Shown here in pieces: positions 8,429 to 18,006 of a stretch of 63,939 nucleotides of DNA (the first letter of the stretch is position 1; each line of letters opens with the position of its first letter). The notes below the pieces were generated by a model, which worked only from the letters and a program-made list of their open reading frames with translations, was not told the DNA's origin and searched no databases. The translations under genes were made by a program, and so were the position numbers. Source of the DNA: a virus (Duplodnaviria > Caudoviricetes); IMG/VR virus record IMGVR_UViG_3300025018_000162, positions 1 through 63,939 of that record, one strand, 5' to 3'.

Positions 8429-9088
8429 ATGGACTTAACAAAACAAGAAGCACTAAAAAAGATTGAGGAACTAAAATTATACATTGCCAAGGAAGACAAC
8501 AAGGGAACCAAAAAAGTGGTGATTGAAATTAAAAATCGTTTTACTGGTGAGGTACAATTTACAAGCGAGAAAACAACAATTAAGGAAGCTGTGGTAGACA
8601 ATAAGTCTAACTTGTCTGAAGCTAAACTGTCTAAAGCTAACCTGTCTGGAGCTAACCTGTATAGAGCCAACCTGTCTGGAGCTAACCTGTCTAAAGCTAA
8701 CCTGTCTGGAGCTAACCTGTATAGAGCCAACCTGTCTGGAGCTAACCTGTCTGGAGCTAACCTGTCTGGAGCTGACCTGTCTAAATCTAACCTGTCTGGA
8801 ACTAACCTGTCTGGAGCTGACCTGTCTAAATCTAACCTGTCTGGAACTAACCTGTCTGGAGCTGACCTGTCTGGAGCTGACATATATGGAGCTGACCTGT
8901 CTAGAGCTAACCTGTCTAGAGCTAACCTGTCTAGGGCTAACCTGTCTGGAGCTGACCTACATGGAGCTAACATGTGTGGAGCTGACCTATATGAAACTAA
9001 ACTGTCTGGAAGGGGAGACGAAACTAAAATTAATAAATCTCAAATTAACGATTTTTTAACTGCGTTAGGAGTAATTGTTGTTGAATAA
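8429..9088 (+). CDS. pentapeptide-repeat protein
   Basis: long run of A(N/D)LSG pentapeptides. Confidence 0.95.
   Translation: MDLTKQEALKKIEELKLYIAKEDNKGTKKVVIEIKNRFTGEVQFTSEKTTIKEAVVDNKSNLSEAKLSKANLSGANLYRANLSGANLSKANLSGANLYRANLSGANLSGANLSGADLSKSNLSGTNLSGADLSKSNLSGTNLSGADLSGADIYGADLSRANLSRANLSRANLSGADLHGANMCGADLYETKLSGRGDETKINKSQINDFLTALGVIVVE
8606..9010 (+). repeat. 15-bp coding tandem repeat (GCTAACCTGTCTGGA consensus)
   Basis: about 27 units encoding the pentapeptide repeats. Confidence 0.9.
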
Positions 9089-9159
9089 AACTATGAAAAC
9101 AATCCCCCAAATTTTAGAGGAGAACTCCAAGAGCATATTAAAAAACTAAATGGCGATAT

Positions 9160-9348
9160 ATGAAAAAGAAAAGTGACACTTGCTTGCGGTGCGGTTACGA
9201 CCCAAAGACCAGGGAGAGAGTTATCGGGTGCTACCACTGGGGAGTGAAAATAGCTAATAGGCACTTATACACCTATGATACGGAAGATAACGACGGTGAT
9301 TTCTTGCAGGTGTTTAATAGAGTAGATAAAAAACAACCTCCAGCCTAG
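9160..9348 (+). CDS. hypothetical protein
   Basis: 62 aa with CxxC. Confidence 0.45.
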   Translation: MKKKSDTCLRCGYDPKTRERVIGCYHWGVKIANRHLYTYDTEDNDGDFLQVFNRVDKKQPPA

Positions 9349-9647
9349 TGGCGAGTATCTCAAGGGCTCTATTGGTTAAGGTTGAGCGTAGCTACATCAA
9401 ACTAATGAGCTTGTAAAATCCCTTTTGAATAACCCTTGCCGCCACCAGATTGCGGGTTATGTTCTCTGTTCGGTTGTCGGTGCAGCTTAATAGATAAATA
9501 GTCACCTTGCGGTAGAACTGTCTAACTACCAAACCGATTGGTTTTTGCCAATCCTAATCACCGCTATCACCACTCCTGTTTTAAATAACAAGCTATTGTG
9601 TAGACGACTTGGCGGAGTGGTGGTAGGATATATTAATTATAAAAAAA

Positions 9648-10190
9648 ATGAAGATTTGGCTAACAACTGACACCCATTTTAACCACGACAAAATGACAGA
9701 GTATTGTGGAAGACCAGATAACTTTGAGGATATAATTAAGGCAGAGCTGTCTAACGTAGTAACACGAGACGATATTCTAATCCACCTCGGAGATATTTGT
9801 ATTGGCAGAGATAAAGAAAAGAACACATGGTTCGGGACACTTCCCTGTCACAAAATATTGGTAAGAGGAAACCACGACAAAAAGAGTAACAGATGGTATT
9901 TAGTGCATGGATGGGATTTTGTCTGTGAAGCATTTAGCGATAGACTATACGATAAAAACATCCTATTTAGTCATCATCCTAAGAATGTTGACGGTTATGA
10001 TTTGAATATTCATGGTCACTTTCACAACTCATTGCCAAGATTGTTGCGTGGAGAGTTCGTTGTAGATGGGGAGGAGGAGTGCAACAGGCAAGACCTACAC
10101 AGACTAACAGAAGACAAACACAAACTCATAGCGCTAGAGAATACGGATTATAGGCCAGTTGACCTGGAGAAGCTATTAACTAAATTGTAA
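9648..10190 (+). CDS. calcineurin-like metallophosphoesterase
   Basis: DTH, GD, GNHD, HGHFH motifs. Confidence 0.9.
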   Translation: MKIWLTTDTHFNHDKMTEYCGRPDNFEDIIKAELSNVVTRDDILIHLGDICIGRDKEKNTWFGTLPCHKILVRGNHDKKSNRWYLVHGWDFVCEAFSDRLYDKNILFSHHPKNVDGYDLNIHGHFHNSLPRLLRGEFVVDGEEECNRQDLHRLTEDKHKLIALENTDYRPVDLEKLLTKL

Positions 10191-10382
10191 TTATGAAAAA
10201 AAAAGAACGTATCGTAATAGAATATTTACTAGACGACCAGGCAGAGATTAATCTTATTAAAGATTGTTTAAACTATTGTTGGCATCGAGCAACAAAACAC
10301 AACACGCCAATGTCTGGGAAGGGGCAAAAAATTAATGACCTGAGAAGACAGCTTGGTATTATTAAATAACAATCGTGAATAC

Positions 10383-10494
10383 TTATCCACAGGTAAAAAT
10401 TAAAAAAAATAACAAATAAAAAATAGGTTATAAATAACTGTGTTTAGTGGCTAATATTAGTATACTTGACAAAGGTACTTCGGGATGCTATACT
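10383..10494 (+). promoter_or_regulatory. DnaA-box-like site plus sigma70 promoter
   Basis: TTATCCACA 10383-10391; TTGACA 10466, 17 nt spacer, TATACT 10489 with extended TG. Confidence 0.75.
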
Positions 10495-10545
10495 ATATAT
10501 ATAGGTATAAACATTTGAAGTTAAACGATTCTTTATAAAAACGCC

Positions 10546-10992
10546 ATGGCTAAAAAAAAAGAAGAGCTGACACCAATGACAAGAGCTGAGTCAGATGAGA
10601 AGATCTTACAATATATAAATGACAGGAGCAATAAAGACGCTCAGGTTATAGGGCTGTTAGCTAAGGCTAAAAAGGTAGTCTTTGAAAATAACGTACAGCT
10701 TAATAGATTCTACCGCCGTCATTTAAGAGCAGCCAAAGAGTTAGATTGCTATTCCAACGAAAAGATAATTAGGGTTATGAAGTATTTAATAGATAACGCT
10801 AATTACAAGTGGGAGTTGTCTACTGTTATAAAGCACATAGACGAAGACTTTAATCAACTAGAGGGCAAGGAGCCTATAATAAACTTATCAGATGGAGAAC
10901 AAGTATACTCTTCGGAGCGCATCAAACAACTCGAGCGAGAAGGTCGAGTCTACTATGTCGGAAGTAAGTGGAAAGAAATCGTGGAAGGATAA
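10546..10992 (+). CDS. hypothetical protein (possible replication/regulatory)
   Basis: first gene after the promoter; no recognised motif. Confidence 0.6.
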   Translation: MAKKKEELTPMTRAESDEKILQYINDRSNKDAQVIGLLAKAKKVVFENNVQLNRFYRRHLRAAKELDCYSNEKIIRVMKYLIDNANYKWELSTVIKHIDEDFNQLEGKEPIINLSDGEQVYSSERIKQLEREGRVYYVGSKWKEIVEG

Positions 10993-11344
10993 AATAGAGG
11001 AAGGACGTGCATGGAAGAAAGATTTATTAGCTAAGGGTTATCAGGAAACACCTGACGGATTACTTCCGATGTCTGAGGTCAATAAAGCAGGATATGTGCT
11101 GAAAGACAACCAATGGTTTATTCCTAAGGAAGAGTATATCGCAGATGGAAATTATGATAGAAAGGCTGGGGAAAAATACATTGGTGCTAGTCAACAATAT
11201 CTACATTGGAGACAACAAAGACAAATAGCAGATTCAAATAGGATTAGCAATCCACAAGACAAGCAATTAAAAATGATAAAAGAAGTGGTAAAGAGTCCAC
11301 CAATCTTAAATGATGAGATTGATATCTCGAAGATCCCCTTCTAA
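10892..11344 (+). CDS. hypothetical protein with SSB-like C-terminal tail (probable start 10955)
   Basis: ends DEIDISKIPF. Confidence 0.6.
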   Translation: MENKYTLRSASNNSSEKVESTMSEVSGKKSWKDKIEEGRAWKKDLLAKGYQETPDGLLPMSEVNKAGYVLKDNQWFIPKEEYIADGNYDRKAGEKYIGASQQYLHWRQQRQIADSNRISNPQDKQLKMIKEVVKSPPILNDEIDISKIPF

Positions 11345-11352
11345 AAAAAACA

Positions 11353-12135
11353 ATGAGTAATGAGAAAACATTTATCCCAGAAATCACGGTGAACAACACA
11401 AAAGAAGAGCGTGAAGTAACAATCGACGGAGTGGAGCAAAAAGTAGAGGTCCCAGCACAACAAGGATTTAATATCAAAACAAAAAGCCTTGAGGGAGATT
11501 ATCAAAAAGGATTCTTCGTTAAAGACTTAGAGGCTGTGATTCTATTTGACAGATATCAAATACAGTCCAAATACAACGTTAAGCCGATGTTCATGTCAAA
11601 TGAATTCGAGTTTAGTGGTTCGAGGAATAACGTAAGGGTATACTGCCCAGAGAAGAAGGAAGTGTTATATGAAGGTCCGTATTCTGGAGCCAAAGATTTC
11701 TTTGCCACTGGGCAAATAACATCCGCTGGTACACCAGAGAAATCGTTCGATACATTTTCAATTTTGTATCTATTAATAGACGGAGAAGTTTTTAGATTCA
11801 GATGGAAAATGAATCAGAATAATACGTGGTTCAGCTATAAAGATGGCGCAGAAGACGAGAGAGGAGACAGAGGGTACAGAGGAATTAAAACAAAGTTTGC
11901 ACTAGAGAAAAAGAAGTTCGGGTCTAACGAGTTCTGGGCTTGTCATTTGGAGAATGTAGGTAAGGTAGACAGAACAGAGGCAGATGAGATTGGAGATAAG
12001 TTAGAAGATGACATGGATGAAGAAGTATCTAAGTTTAAAAAAGGCGCGAATGGAGATAGCCCACAAACAGTAATGGATCTGGAGCAAATACCAATGGACC
12101 AAGATACTGTCGATGTGGACTCAATCCCGTTCTAG
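11353..12135 (+). CDS. putative single-stranded DNA-binding protein
   Basis: beta-rich aromatic body, acidic tail ending DVDSIPF. Confidence 0.6.
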   Translation: MSNEKTFIPEITVNNTKEEREVTIDGVEQKVEVPAQQGFNIKTKSLEGDYQKGFFVKDLEAVILFDRYQIQSKYNVKPMFMSNEFEFSGSRNNVRVYCPEKKEVLYEGPYSGAKDFFATGQITSAGTPEKSFDTFSILYLLIDGEVFRFRWKMNQNNTWFSYKDGAEDERGDRGYRGIKTKFALEKKKFGSNEFWACHLENVGKVDRTEADEIGDKLEDDMDEEVSKFKKGANGDSPQTVMDLEQIPMDQDTVDVDSIPF

Positions 12136-12156
12136 GCCACATAAGTCACAATAAAA

Positions 12157-12555
12157 ATGAGTAAAAAAGTAGAAAAAATATCAACCGCGATTAAAGCAAC
12201 CATAAACACTGGGAACTATGAAAATATTGTTTACTCAGTTGGTATTGATATAGCTGGGTTCGATAGTGAATCCGCAAAAGAAGTCCAAGATGCAATCAAT
12301 TTTGGCAGAGAACTATGCTTAGAGAATGTAATGAGTTATTACAACGAGGTTAAACAAAGTCCACGAACAGGAGAAACACTTGTTAAGACTACTGATAAGA
12401 AGTACCTGCTATTAGAAGAAAGAATCAACAAATCAGAAAATGAAGAGCAACTCCGTACACTCGCAGGGAAAGTTGAAGAAATAAAAGATGTAGAAATGCA
12501 TAAAGTTATGCAACAGAAGTTTAATCTAAAGTTAATATCCTTAAAGAATGAGTAG
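12157..12555 (+). CDS. hypothetical protein
   Basis: TINTGNYENI motif; in recombination cluster. Confidence 0.6.
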   Translation: MSKKVEKISTAIKATINTGNYENIVYSVGIDIAGFDSESAKEVQDAINFGRELCLENVMSYYNEVKQSPRTGETLVKTTDKKYLLLEERINKSENEEQLRTLAGKVEEIKDVEMHKVMQQKFNLKLISLKNE

Positions 12556-13216
12556 TATAAGCGCGACTAGATATGGTGTTTTCACGGCGTGTCCTAGGAG
12601 ATATCAATATCAGTATCAGTATAGATTATTGCAAACGAAAGGGACGCCACTTCTAGTCGGTTCTCTCTACCATGAAATGCTCGAACTTTATCACACAGAT
12701 AATGAGCTCGCGGCTAGGCGAATCATTGATGATAACAAGGAGCACTCGGATATTCTGGCACACCTATTTACTAAGTACTTGGCACAACCAGTACTCGGTA
12801 ACGTGCTAGAAACCGAGTACGAGTTCAAAGAATATATTCCAGGGATAGAGTATCCATTGTACGGATTTATAGACAGGATAGATGAGGACAAAGGTGTAGA
12901 GTACAAAACTACTTCGAAGAAATGGAACGACAAAGATGTAGACACTATACAGACAGATATATATATGTATATATTGTATAAAAGGTTTGGAGAACCATTC
13001 CCACTTGTCTACTCTATAAATAATAAGAAGACTAACACGTTGCCGCAGATTATACGTGTTGAGAAAACAGAGAAAGAAATACTCAGTGTTGAAGATAAAA
13101 TAAGAAAGTATATCGAAGACGTCAAGAGTTCAGATTTCACACCTACTCCAAGCGGAGACTGCTACTTATGTCCGTGGGGCTCTATTGGAGACAGGACGTG
13201 CGAATATTCAAAATAG
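12548..13216 (+). CDS. PD-(D/E)xK RecB/Cas4-like exonuclease
   Basis: CPRRY, GSLYHEMLE, GFIDRID..EYKT, C-terminal CYLCPW...C. Confidence 0.85.
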   Translation: MSSISATRYGVFTACPRRYQYQYQYRLLQTKGTPLLVGSLYHEMLELYHTDNELAARRIIDDNKEHSDILAHLFTKYLAQPVLGNVLETEYEFKEYIPGIEYPLYGFIDRIDEDKGVEYKTTSKKWNDKDVDTIQTDIYMYILYKRFGEPFPLVYSINNKKTNTLPQIIRVEKTEKEILSVEDKIRKYIEDVKSSDFTPTPSGDCYLCPWGSIGDRTCEYSK

Positions 13217-13221
13217 CTTTG

Positions 13222-13867
13222 ATGAGGAACAATAAGTGCAAGCATTGCAAAAAAAACAATTGTTAGAGATGATTTAGATTCATGGAAGTACAATAATCTA
13301 AAATTTTGTGATGCCAGGTGCTTGAAGTTATACCGAGAAAATAAGAAAAATAGTCGAGATTCGAAAGAATGTTTGTGGTGTGGCAAACTGATTGTGAGAC
13401 CAGAGCTAGACGCGTGGCACTACAACCAGCTTAAGTTTTGTGATTTGAAGTGCTTAGGGAAATGGAATGGAGACAGGATGACGATGGACAAAAACAACCC
13501 GACAAGACTGTCTAATATCGGTAGGACAAGGAGTGACGAGGTGAGAAATAAAATAGCTGAATCCAAGCGTGGTTCCAAGAGTCATTTTTGGGAAGGAGGT
13601 AAATCTTATGAAAAATACACCGCCTCGTGGACAAATGCCCTAAGGTCAAGGGTGAGGAAAAGAGATAATAACAGGTGTGCTGTTTGCAACAAAAAACAGA
13701 AGAAAAGATTATTCCACATACATCACATAGATTATAACAAAAAAAATTGTACCGAGGGAAACCTTATCACTTTGTGCGCAAGCTGCCACGGGAAAACAAA
13801 CTCTAATAGAAGCTCTTGGATTGCATATTTTAATAAAGGCGACAAGACATGTTTAGATAGTAAATAG
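13222..13867 (+). CDS. HNH homing endonuclease with Zn-finger repeats and NUMOD3-like motif (5' part frameshifted)
   Basis: RDNNRCAVC...HHIDYNKKN...NLITLCASCH; upstream in another frame is a duplicate Zn-finger unit. Confidence 0.8.
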
Positions 13868-14013
13868 GATGAATAATTATATAAAAGATAAAGTTGAAGA
13901 AATAAAGGCATGCGTTAGTGCTAATAATGGCGTGCTAGACAGTGATGAGATATCACAAATACTCAACACAATCTATGACGACGGGTACAGCGACGCCTAC
14001 GAAAATAAATAGC

Positions 14014-14487
14014 ATGAATTTTGAAGAAATAAAGCTACGGTTTGACGAGGATATGTCCAAAGAAGAGGGGCATAAAATAATGTTAAAGGTATCTGAGATT
14101 ATAAACGATGTTGGCTCTAACTTCTTAACAATGAACGGAGGAGAACTCGCAGAGGCACAGTCAAAGTTGGCTGGGTATAAATTCTACCTAGCAGACTTCA
14201 TGGGAGAAATTAATAGGATGTTCGAATCGTTAAAGCTCGGGATAAAGCACGTGAGAGCTACCGAGTGGGATAGAATAACAGAGGAAGTTAAGGCTAAAGA
14301 AGGGAAAGTCAAGAACAAGGAGCAGATTGAAAATGTAATAAATAAGATGACGTTTGAAGACCAGGCACGCTGTATGTTATATGAAACAACATACAATAAA
14401 TATCGGCTAAAGATATCGTCGATAGACAGTATCCTAACAGCCATAGCACAGCGTGTGGCAGAAATTAAACGACAGATGACACAATAA
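14014..14487 (+). CDS. coiled-coil hypothetical protein (possibly recombination-mediator-like)
   Basis: probable start MNFEEIK; helical heptads. Confidence 0.55.
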   Translation: MNFEEIKLRFDEDMSKEEGHKIMLKVSEIINDVGSNFLTMNGGELAEAQSKLAGYKFYLADFMGEINRMFESLKLGIKHVRATEWDRITEEVKAKEGKVKNKEQIENVINKMTFEDQARCMLYETTYNKYRLKISSIDSILTAIAQRVAEIKRQMTQ

Positions 14488-14813
14488 TGAAGAGTACAGA
14501 TTTTAACGAGTTAGTAGAATATATAACAGAAAGAGTAAAAAGTGTTTTAATAACAAAGGCTGGTGAATACGCATCGGATGAGGATAGGCTTCATAACTTC
14601 GCTGGAGGGGCCAGGATGAGGAAGACAACTAGGGCTAAGGCTCTAGACGGGATGAAGTTAAAACATGATATGTCCATACTAGACTTGATTGAGTGGAACG
14701 ATACTGCCCCAGAGAGAGTCACTAACGAATTGATAGAGGAGAAGCTCACAGATGCTATTAATTATACGATATTACTTTGGGCTATTTTAAAAGAAGATTT
14801 AGAAAAAAATTGA
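14487..14813 (+). CDS. nucleotide-modification-associated (DUF1599-like) helical protein
   Basis: KAGEYASDEDRLHNF...KH...EEKLTDAINY. Confidence 0.55.
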   Translation: MKSTDFNELVEYITERVKSVLITKAGEYASDEDRLHNFAGGARMRKTTRAKALDGMKLKHDMSILDLIEWNDTAPERVTNELIEEKLTDAINYTILLWAILKEDLEKN

Positions 14814-14876
14814 GGAACGCGACGATATATACAATAATGTTTTTTTTGTTTGTTATGTTGTTGTTGATATAAAAGT

Positions 14877-15773
14877 ATGGGCTTCAAAAAATATAACAAA
14901 ATACACAGACTCGGCAAAGACGAAACCAACGGGATTTTAGATGGGGTTTGTTTCATACAAGAAAAACTCGATGGAGCTAACACATCTATCTGGGTAGACG
15001 ACGGAGAAATACAAATGGGGAGCAGGAACCAACAACTTAAAGGAGGTTTCAACGGCTTCTGTGATTATGTTAATGCTCATGAAGGTATAAAATCTCTACT
15101 ATCTATTATGCCTGATTTTAGACTGTACGGAGAATGGCTAGTCCGTCACACAATATCCTACAGTGAGACTGCATACAAACGCTTTTACCTATTCGATATT
15201 ATGGTAGATGATAAGTACTTACCGATACCAGACGTATACACTATTGCTAACCAGTTTAATATAGACGCACCTTATTTGTTGGGTGTATTTAAAAACCCAA
15301 CAGACGCTGATATTAAAGCTCTTGTTGGGAAAAGTATGTTAGGGGACGTTGGAGAGGGTATTGTTATTAAAAATCCTGAGTTCATAAATGAATTCGGGGA
15401 CCAAGCCCATGCAAAGGTTGTAACAGAAAAGTTTAAGGAAGATAACGGGATAGTGTTTGGTGGTAATAATAAATACTCAGAGTCCTATTGGGAAATGTGG
15501 GTCGTAAATAAATACATTACACTAGAGCGTGTACAGAAAATACTCCACAAGATAGAGCCAACAATTGACGGCAAGTTAGACATGGAGCACATCCCAAGGA
15601 TAGTGAATACTGTATACAACGACATGTTAACGGAAGAAATCTGGGTCATACAAAAGAAGGTCCCGTCATTAAAATTTAGAACACTTAAAAGATTAGTAAT
15701 GAAGAAGGCCAAGCAGATATTTGTGGATATACTTAATAACGACATATCTGTTGCTGATAAAATAGATGAATAA
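14877..15773 (+). CDS. RNA ligase (Rnl2-like)
   Basis: QEKLDGAN motif I, GSRN, YGEW, FDI, GEGIVIK. Confidence 0.85.
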   Translation: MGFKKYNKIHRLGKDETNGILDGVCFIQEKLDGANTSIWVDDGEIQMGSRNQQLKGGFNGFCDYVNAHEGIKSLLSIMPDFRLYGEWLVRHTISYSETAYKRFYLFDIMVDDKYLPIPDVYTIANQFNIDAPYLLGVFKNPTDADIKALVGKSMLGDVGEGIVIKNPEFINEFGDQAHAKVVTEKFKEDNGIVFGGNNKYSESYWEMWVVNKYITLERVQKILHKIEPTIDGKLDMEHIPRIVNTVYNDMLTEEIWVIQKKVPSLKFRTLKRLVMKKAKQIFVDILNNDISVADKIDE

Positions 15774-16185
15774 AGTATTGATACTGCGTGGACTACCTGC
15801 ATCTGGAAAAACGACACATGCGATGGAGCTTGTTAAAAGAGGGTATAAAAGAGTTAACAAGGACGACCTTAGAGCGATGATTGATGGTGGGAGGTATAGT
15901 GGGAAAAACGAGAAGTTAATATTAGAAATGAGAGACATGATAATAGATTTGGCGCTCATCCACGGCTACGATGTTGTGGTAGACGATACTAACTTTGCGC
16001 AAAAACACTTCGACCAAATCGCAAGTATAGCTGAAATAAACGGGGCAGAGCTTGAGGTCAAAGTATTTGACACTCCACTCAAAGATTGCATACGCAGAGA
16101 TGCTAGAAGGAAAAATAAAGTGGGCGAACGCGTTATCAGGGAGATGCATGACCGCTATATAGCTGATTATGAAGAACAATTTTAG
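15766..16185 (+). CDS. polynucleotide kinase-like P-loop kinase
   Basis: RGLPASGKTT, NKDDLR, VVDDTN, CIRRDARR. Confidence 0.85.
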   Translation: MNKVLILRGLPASGKTTHAMELVKRGYKRVNKDDLRAMIDGGRYSGKNEKLILEMRDMIIDLALIHGYDVVVDDTNFAQKHFDQIASIAEINGAELEVKVFDTPLKDCIRRDARRKNKVGERVIREMHDRYIADYEEQF

Positions 16186-16619
16186 TGAAGATGAAAAGAA
16201 TAAAAATAAAGAATAGGTACTGTCGTTTCGATAAAATCAACAGCTTAGAAATATTGGGGAAGAATTGGCGGTTGACGTGGAATGGATATGCCGTTAACGA
16301 AAAAATGGTCAATTATAAAAAAACAAGAATGTTAATGCATCACCTAGTCCTAGGGAAAAAAGACGGATATGAGATAGACCATATTAATGGGAACAAACTA
16401 GATAATCGTCTATGTAACTTGAGGCACGTTACCCGCTCACAAAATAACATGAACAAAAAAAATGTTAAGGGATACATCAAGACAAAAGAGGGTAACTATC
16501 AGGCTAATATAGGCAAGGATGGTAAAAAAATATGCCTAGGAACATATAAAACAATAGCAGAGGCAAAAGCTTCGAGAAGAATTGGAGAGATTAAATACTT
16601 TGGGGAATATGCAAGATAG
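16185..16619 (+). CDS. HNH endonuclease with AP2-like C-terminal domain
   Basis: MHHLV..IDHINGNKLDNRLCNL; LGTYKTIAEA..R..GEIKYFGEYA. Confidence 0.85.
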   Translation: MKMKRIKIKNRYCRFDKINSLEILGKNWRLTWNGYAVNEKMVNYKKTRMLMHHLVLGKKDGYEIDHINGNKLDNRLCNLRHVTRSQNNMNKKNVKGYIKTKEGNYQANIGKDGKKICLGTYKTIAEAKASRRIGEIKYFGEYAR

Positions 16620-16938
16620 TTATTCTCCTAAAAAATATATAAAAGAGTTTTTAGAAACTAACGGTTACGTGTACTGTGAGCTTTGTGGATTATCTAACAG
16701 TTTAGGATTCAGCGTACATCATATAATTTTTAGGAGTGAGCTAGGTAAAAAACAAGACATGCACAATAAGTTAAACCTAATATTGTTATGTTATGACTGT
16801 CACAACAACTTCCACACACACAAACAACTACGTAACAGATTAGTAGAAAAGCGTAAGTTAAACGAACTATTTGGACGTAATTTTATAAATAATAACAAAA
16901 AGTATTATGAAGAAGTATGTAGCACCAGAAGTTTTTGA
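16609..16938 (+). CDS. HNH endonuclease
   Basis: CELCG..HHIIFRS..NLILLCYDCHNNFH; probable start MQDSY. Confidence 0.8.
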   Translation: MQDSYSPKKYIKEFLETNGYVYCELCGLSNSLGFSVHHIIFRSELGKKQDMHNKLNLILLCYDCHNNFHTHKQLRNRLVEKRKLNELFGRNFINNNKKYYEEVCSTRSF

Positions 16939-17122
16939 ATATGATGACGGAGTTGTCTCGTTTGAAACTACTGATAAAAGATTTGCTGTTTTAGCATTCG
17001 AGTATGTAAGGGATAATATCCACGAAAGCTTTGAAAAATATAAAACAGAAATGTTAAGTGGATTCAAGGCTGATATCGAAAGATTGACAGCAGAAATAGA
17101 AGCAGAGGATGATGCTAAATAG
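16907..17122 (+). CDS. hypothetical protein
   Basis: 71 aa ORF. Confidence 0.5.
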   Translation: MKKYVAPEVFEYDDGVVSFETTDKRFAVLAFEYVRDNIHESFEKYKTEMLSGFKADIERLTAEIEAEDDAK

Positions 17123-17861
17123 TATTATCAATGCAGATTGTATAAGCGTGATGAAAGATATGGAGGATGGATATATCGATTTATGCCTAACGGACCCTCC
17201 ATATGGGATAAACTTAAAGCCTAACAGAGAAGGCTCTAAGTTCCATAAGACACTGATAGAAAACGATAATGACTTGTCGTGGGTGAGAGAGTTCTACTCA
17301 GAACTCTTCCGCGTTACTAAAAATGTCTCGTATATATTTTGTGGGTGGTCTACAGTAGACACATTCATGATTAAAGCCAGAGAGGCTGGGTTCATACACA
17401 AGAATACAATCGTTTGGGATAAAATGCACTTTGGGATGGGCTGGAACTTCCGACCGCAACATGAATTTATACTCGTTCTTTGCAAGGATAAATTTATGAC
17501 CAAAGACCATAATGTCCCGAACCTATTGCATGTAAAACGGATGCACCACACAAAAATGGTCCACGTAGCAGAAAAACCCGTGGAGCTTCTGAGTACACTA
17601 ATAGAACAAGCATCGGATGAGGGGGATATTATATTCGATCCATTCTCTGGAAGCGGTTCGACATTAGTAGCTGCCAGTAAACTAAACAGAAACTACATCG
17701 GAGTTGAGCTAGATAAAACACATTTCGAGCTAGCCCGAGATAGATTAAAAGAACAAGAATGCCTACTAAAAAGGGAACAAAAAATCCAAACATGTCCAGA
17801 CCAGGAGATAAAAATGGTCGGTGGAAAAACGGAAAAAGTAGCGACTACAGAAGAAGGATAA
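17109..17861 (+). CDS. site-specific DNA methyltransferase (N6-A/N4-C, beta class)
   Basis: TDPPY motif IV N-terminal; HVAEKP; DPFSGSGST motif I C-terminal. Confidence 0.9.
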   Translation: MMLNSIINADCISVMKDMEDGYIDLCLTDPPYGINLKPNREGSKFHKTLIENDNDLSWVREFYSELFRVTKNVSYIFCGWSTVDTFMIKAREAGFIHKNTIVWDKMHFGMGWNFRPQHEFILVLCKDKFMTKDHNVPNLLHVKRMHHTKMVHVAEKPVELLSTLIEQASDEGDIIFDPFSGSGSTLVAASKLNRNYIGVELDKTHFELARDRLKEQECLLKREQKIQTCPDQEIKMVGGKTEKVATTEEG

Positions 17862-18004
17862 CAAATGCAAAGGCTGGTGAGTTAGTCCACCACAAAGATA
17901 AGAATAAAGCTAACAATGCAAAAAGCAATTTCGCTAAAGTAAAAGGGATTGGGGAGCATAATAAGCTTCACCCAGAAAAAGGACGGAAAAACGGCAACAA
18001 ATAA
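17759..18004 (+). CDS. small HNH-like protein
   Basis: NGRWKNG..VHHKDKNKANN..N...EHNKLH. Confidence 0.6.
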   Translation: MPTKKGTKNPNMSRPGDKNGRWKNGKSSDYRRRITNAKAGELVHHKDKNKANNAKSNFAKVKGIGEHNKLHPEKGRKNGNK

Positions 18005-18006
18005 AA

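Noticed and set aside
8410-8973. Antisense ORF with repeated DRLAP/DRLAL
   Set aside because: Shadow of the 15-bp pentapeptide repeat on the opposite strand.
8606-9010. Possible CRISPR array
   Set aside because: Contiguous coding tandem repeats with no unique spacers; no cas operon (the Cas4-like nuclease is a typical stand-alone phage gene).
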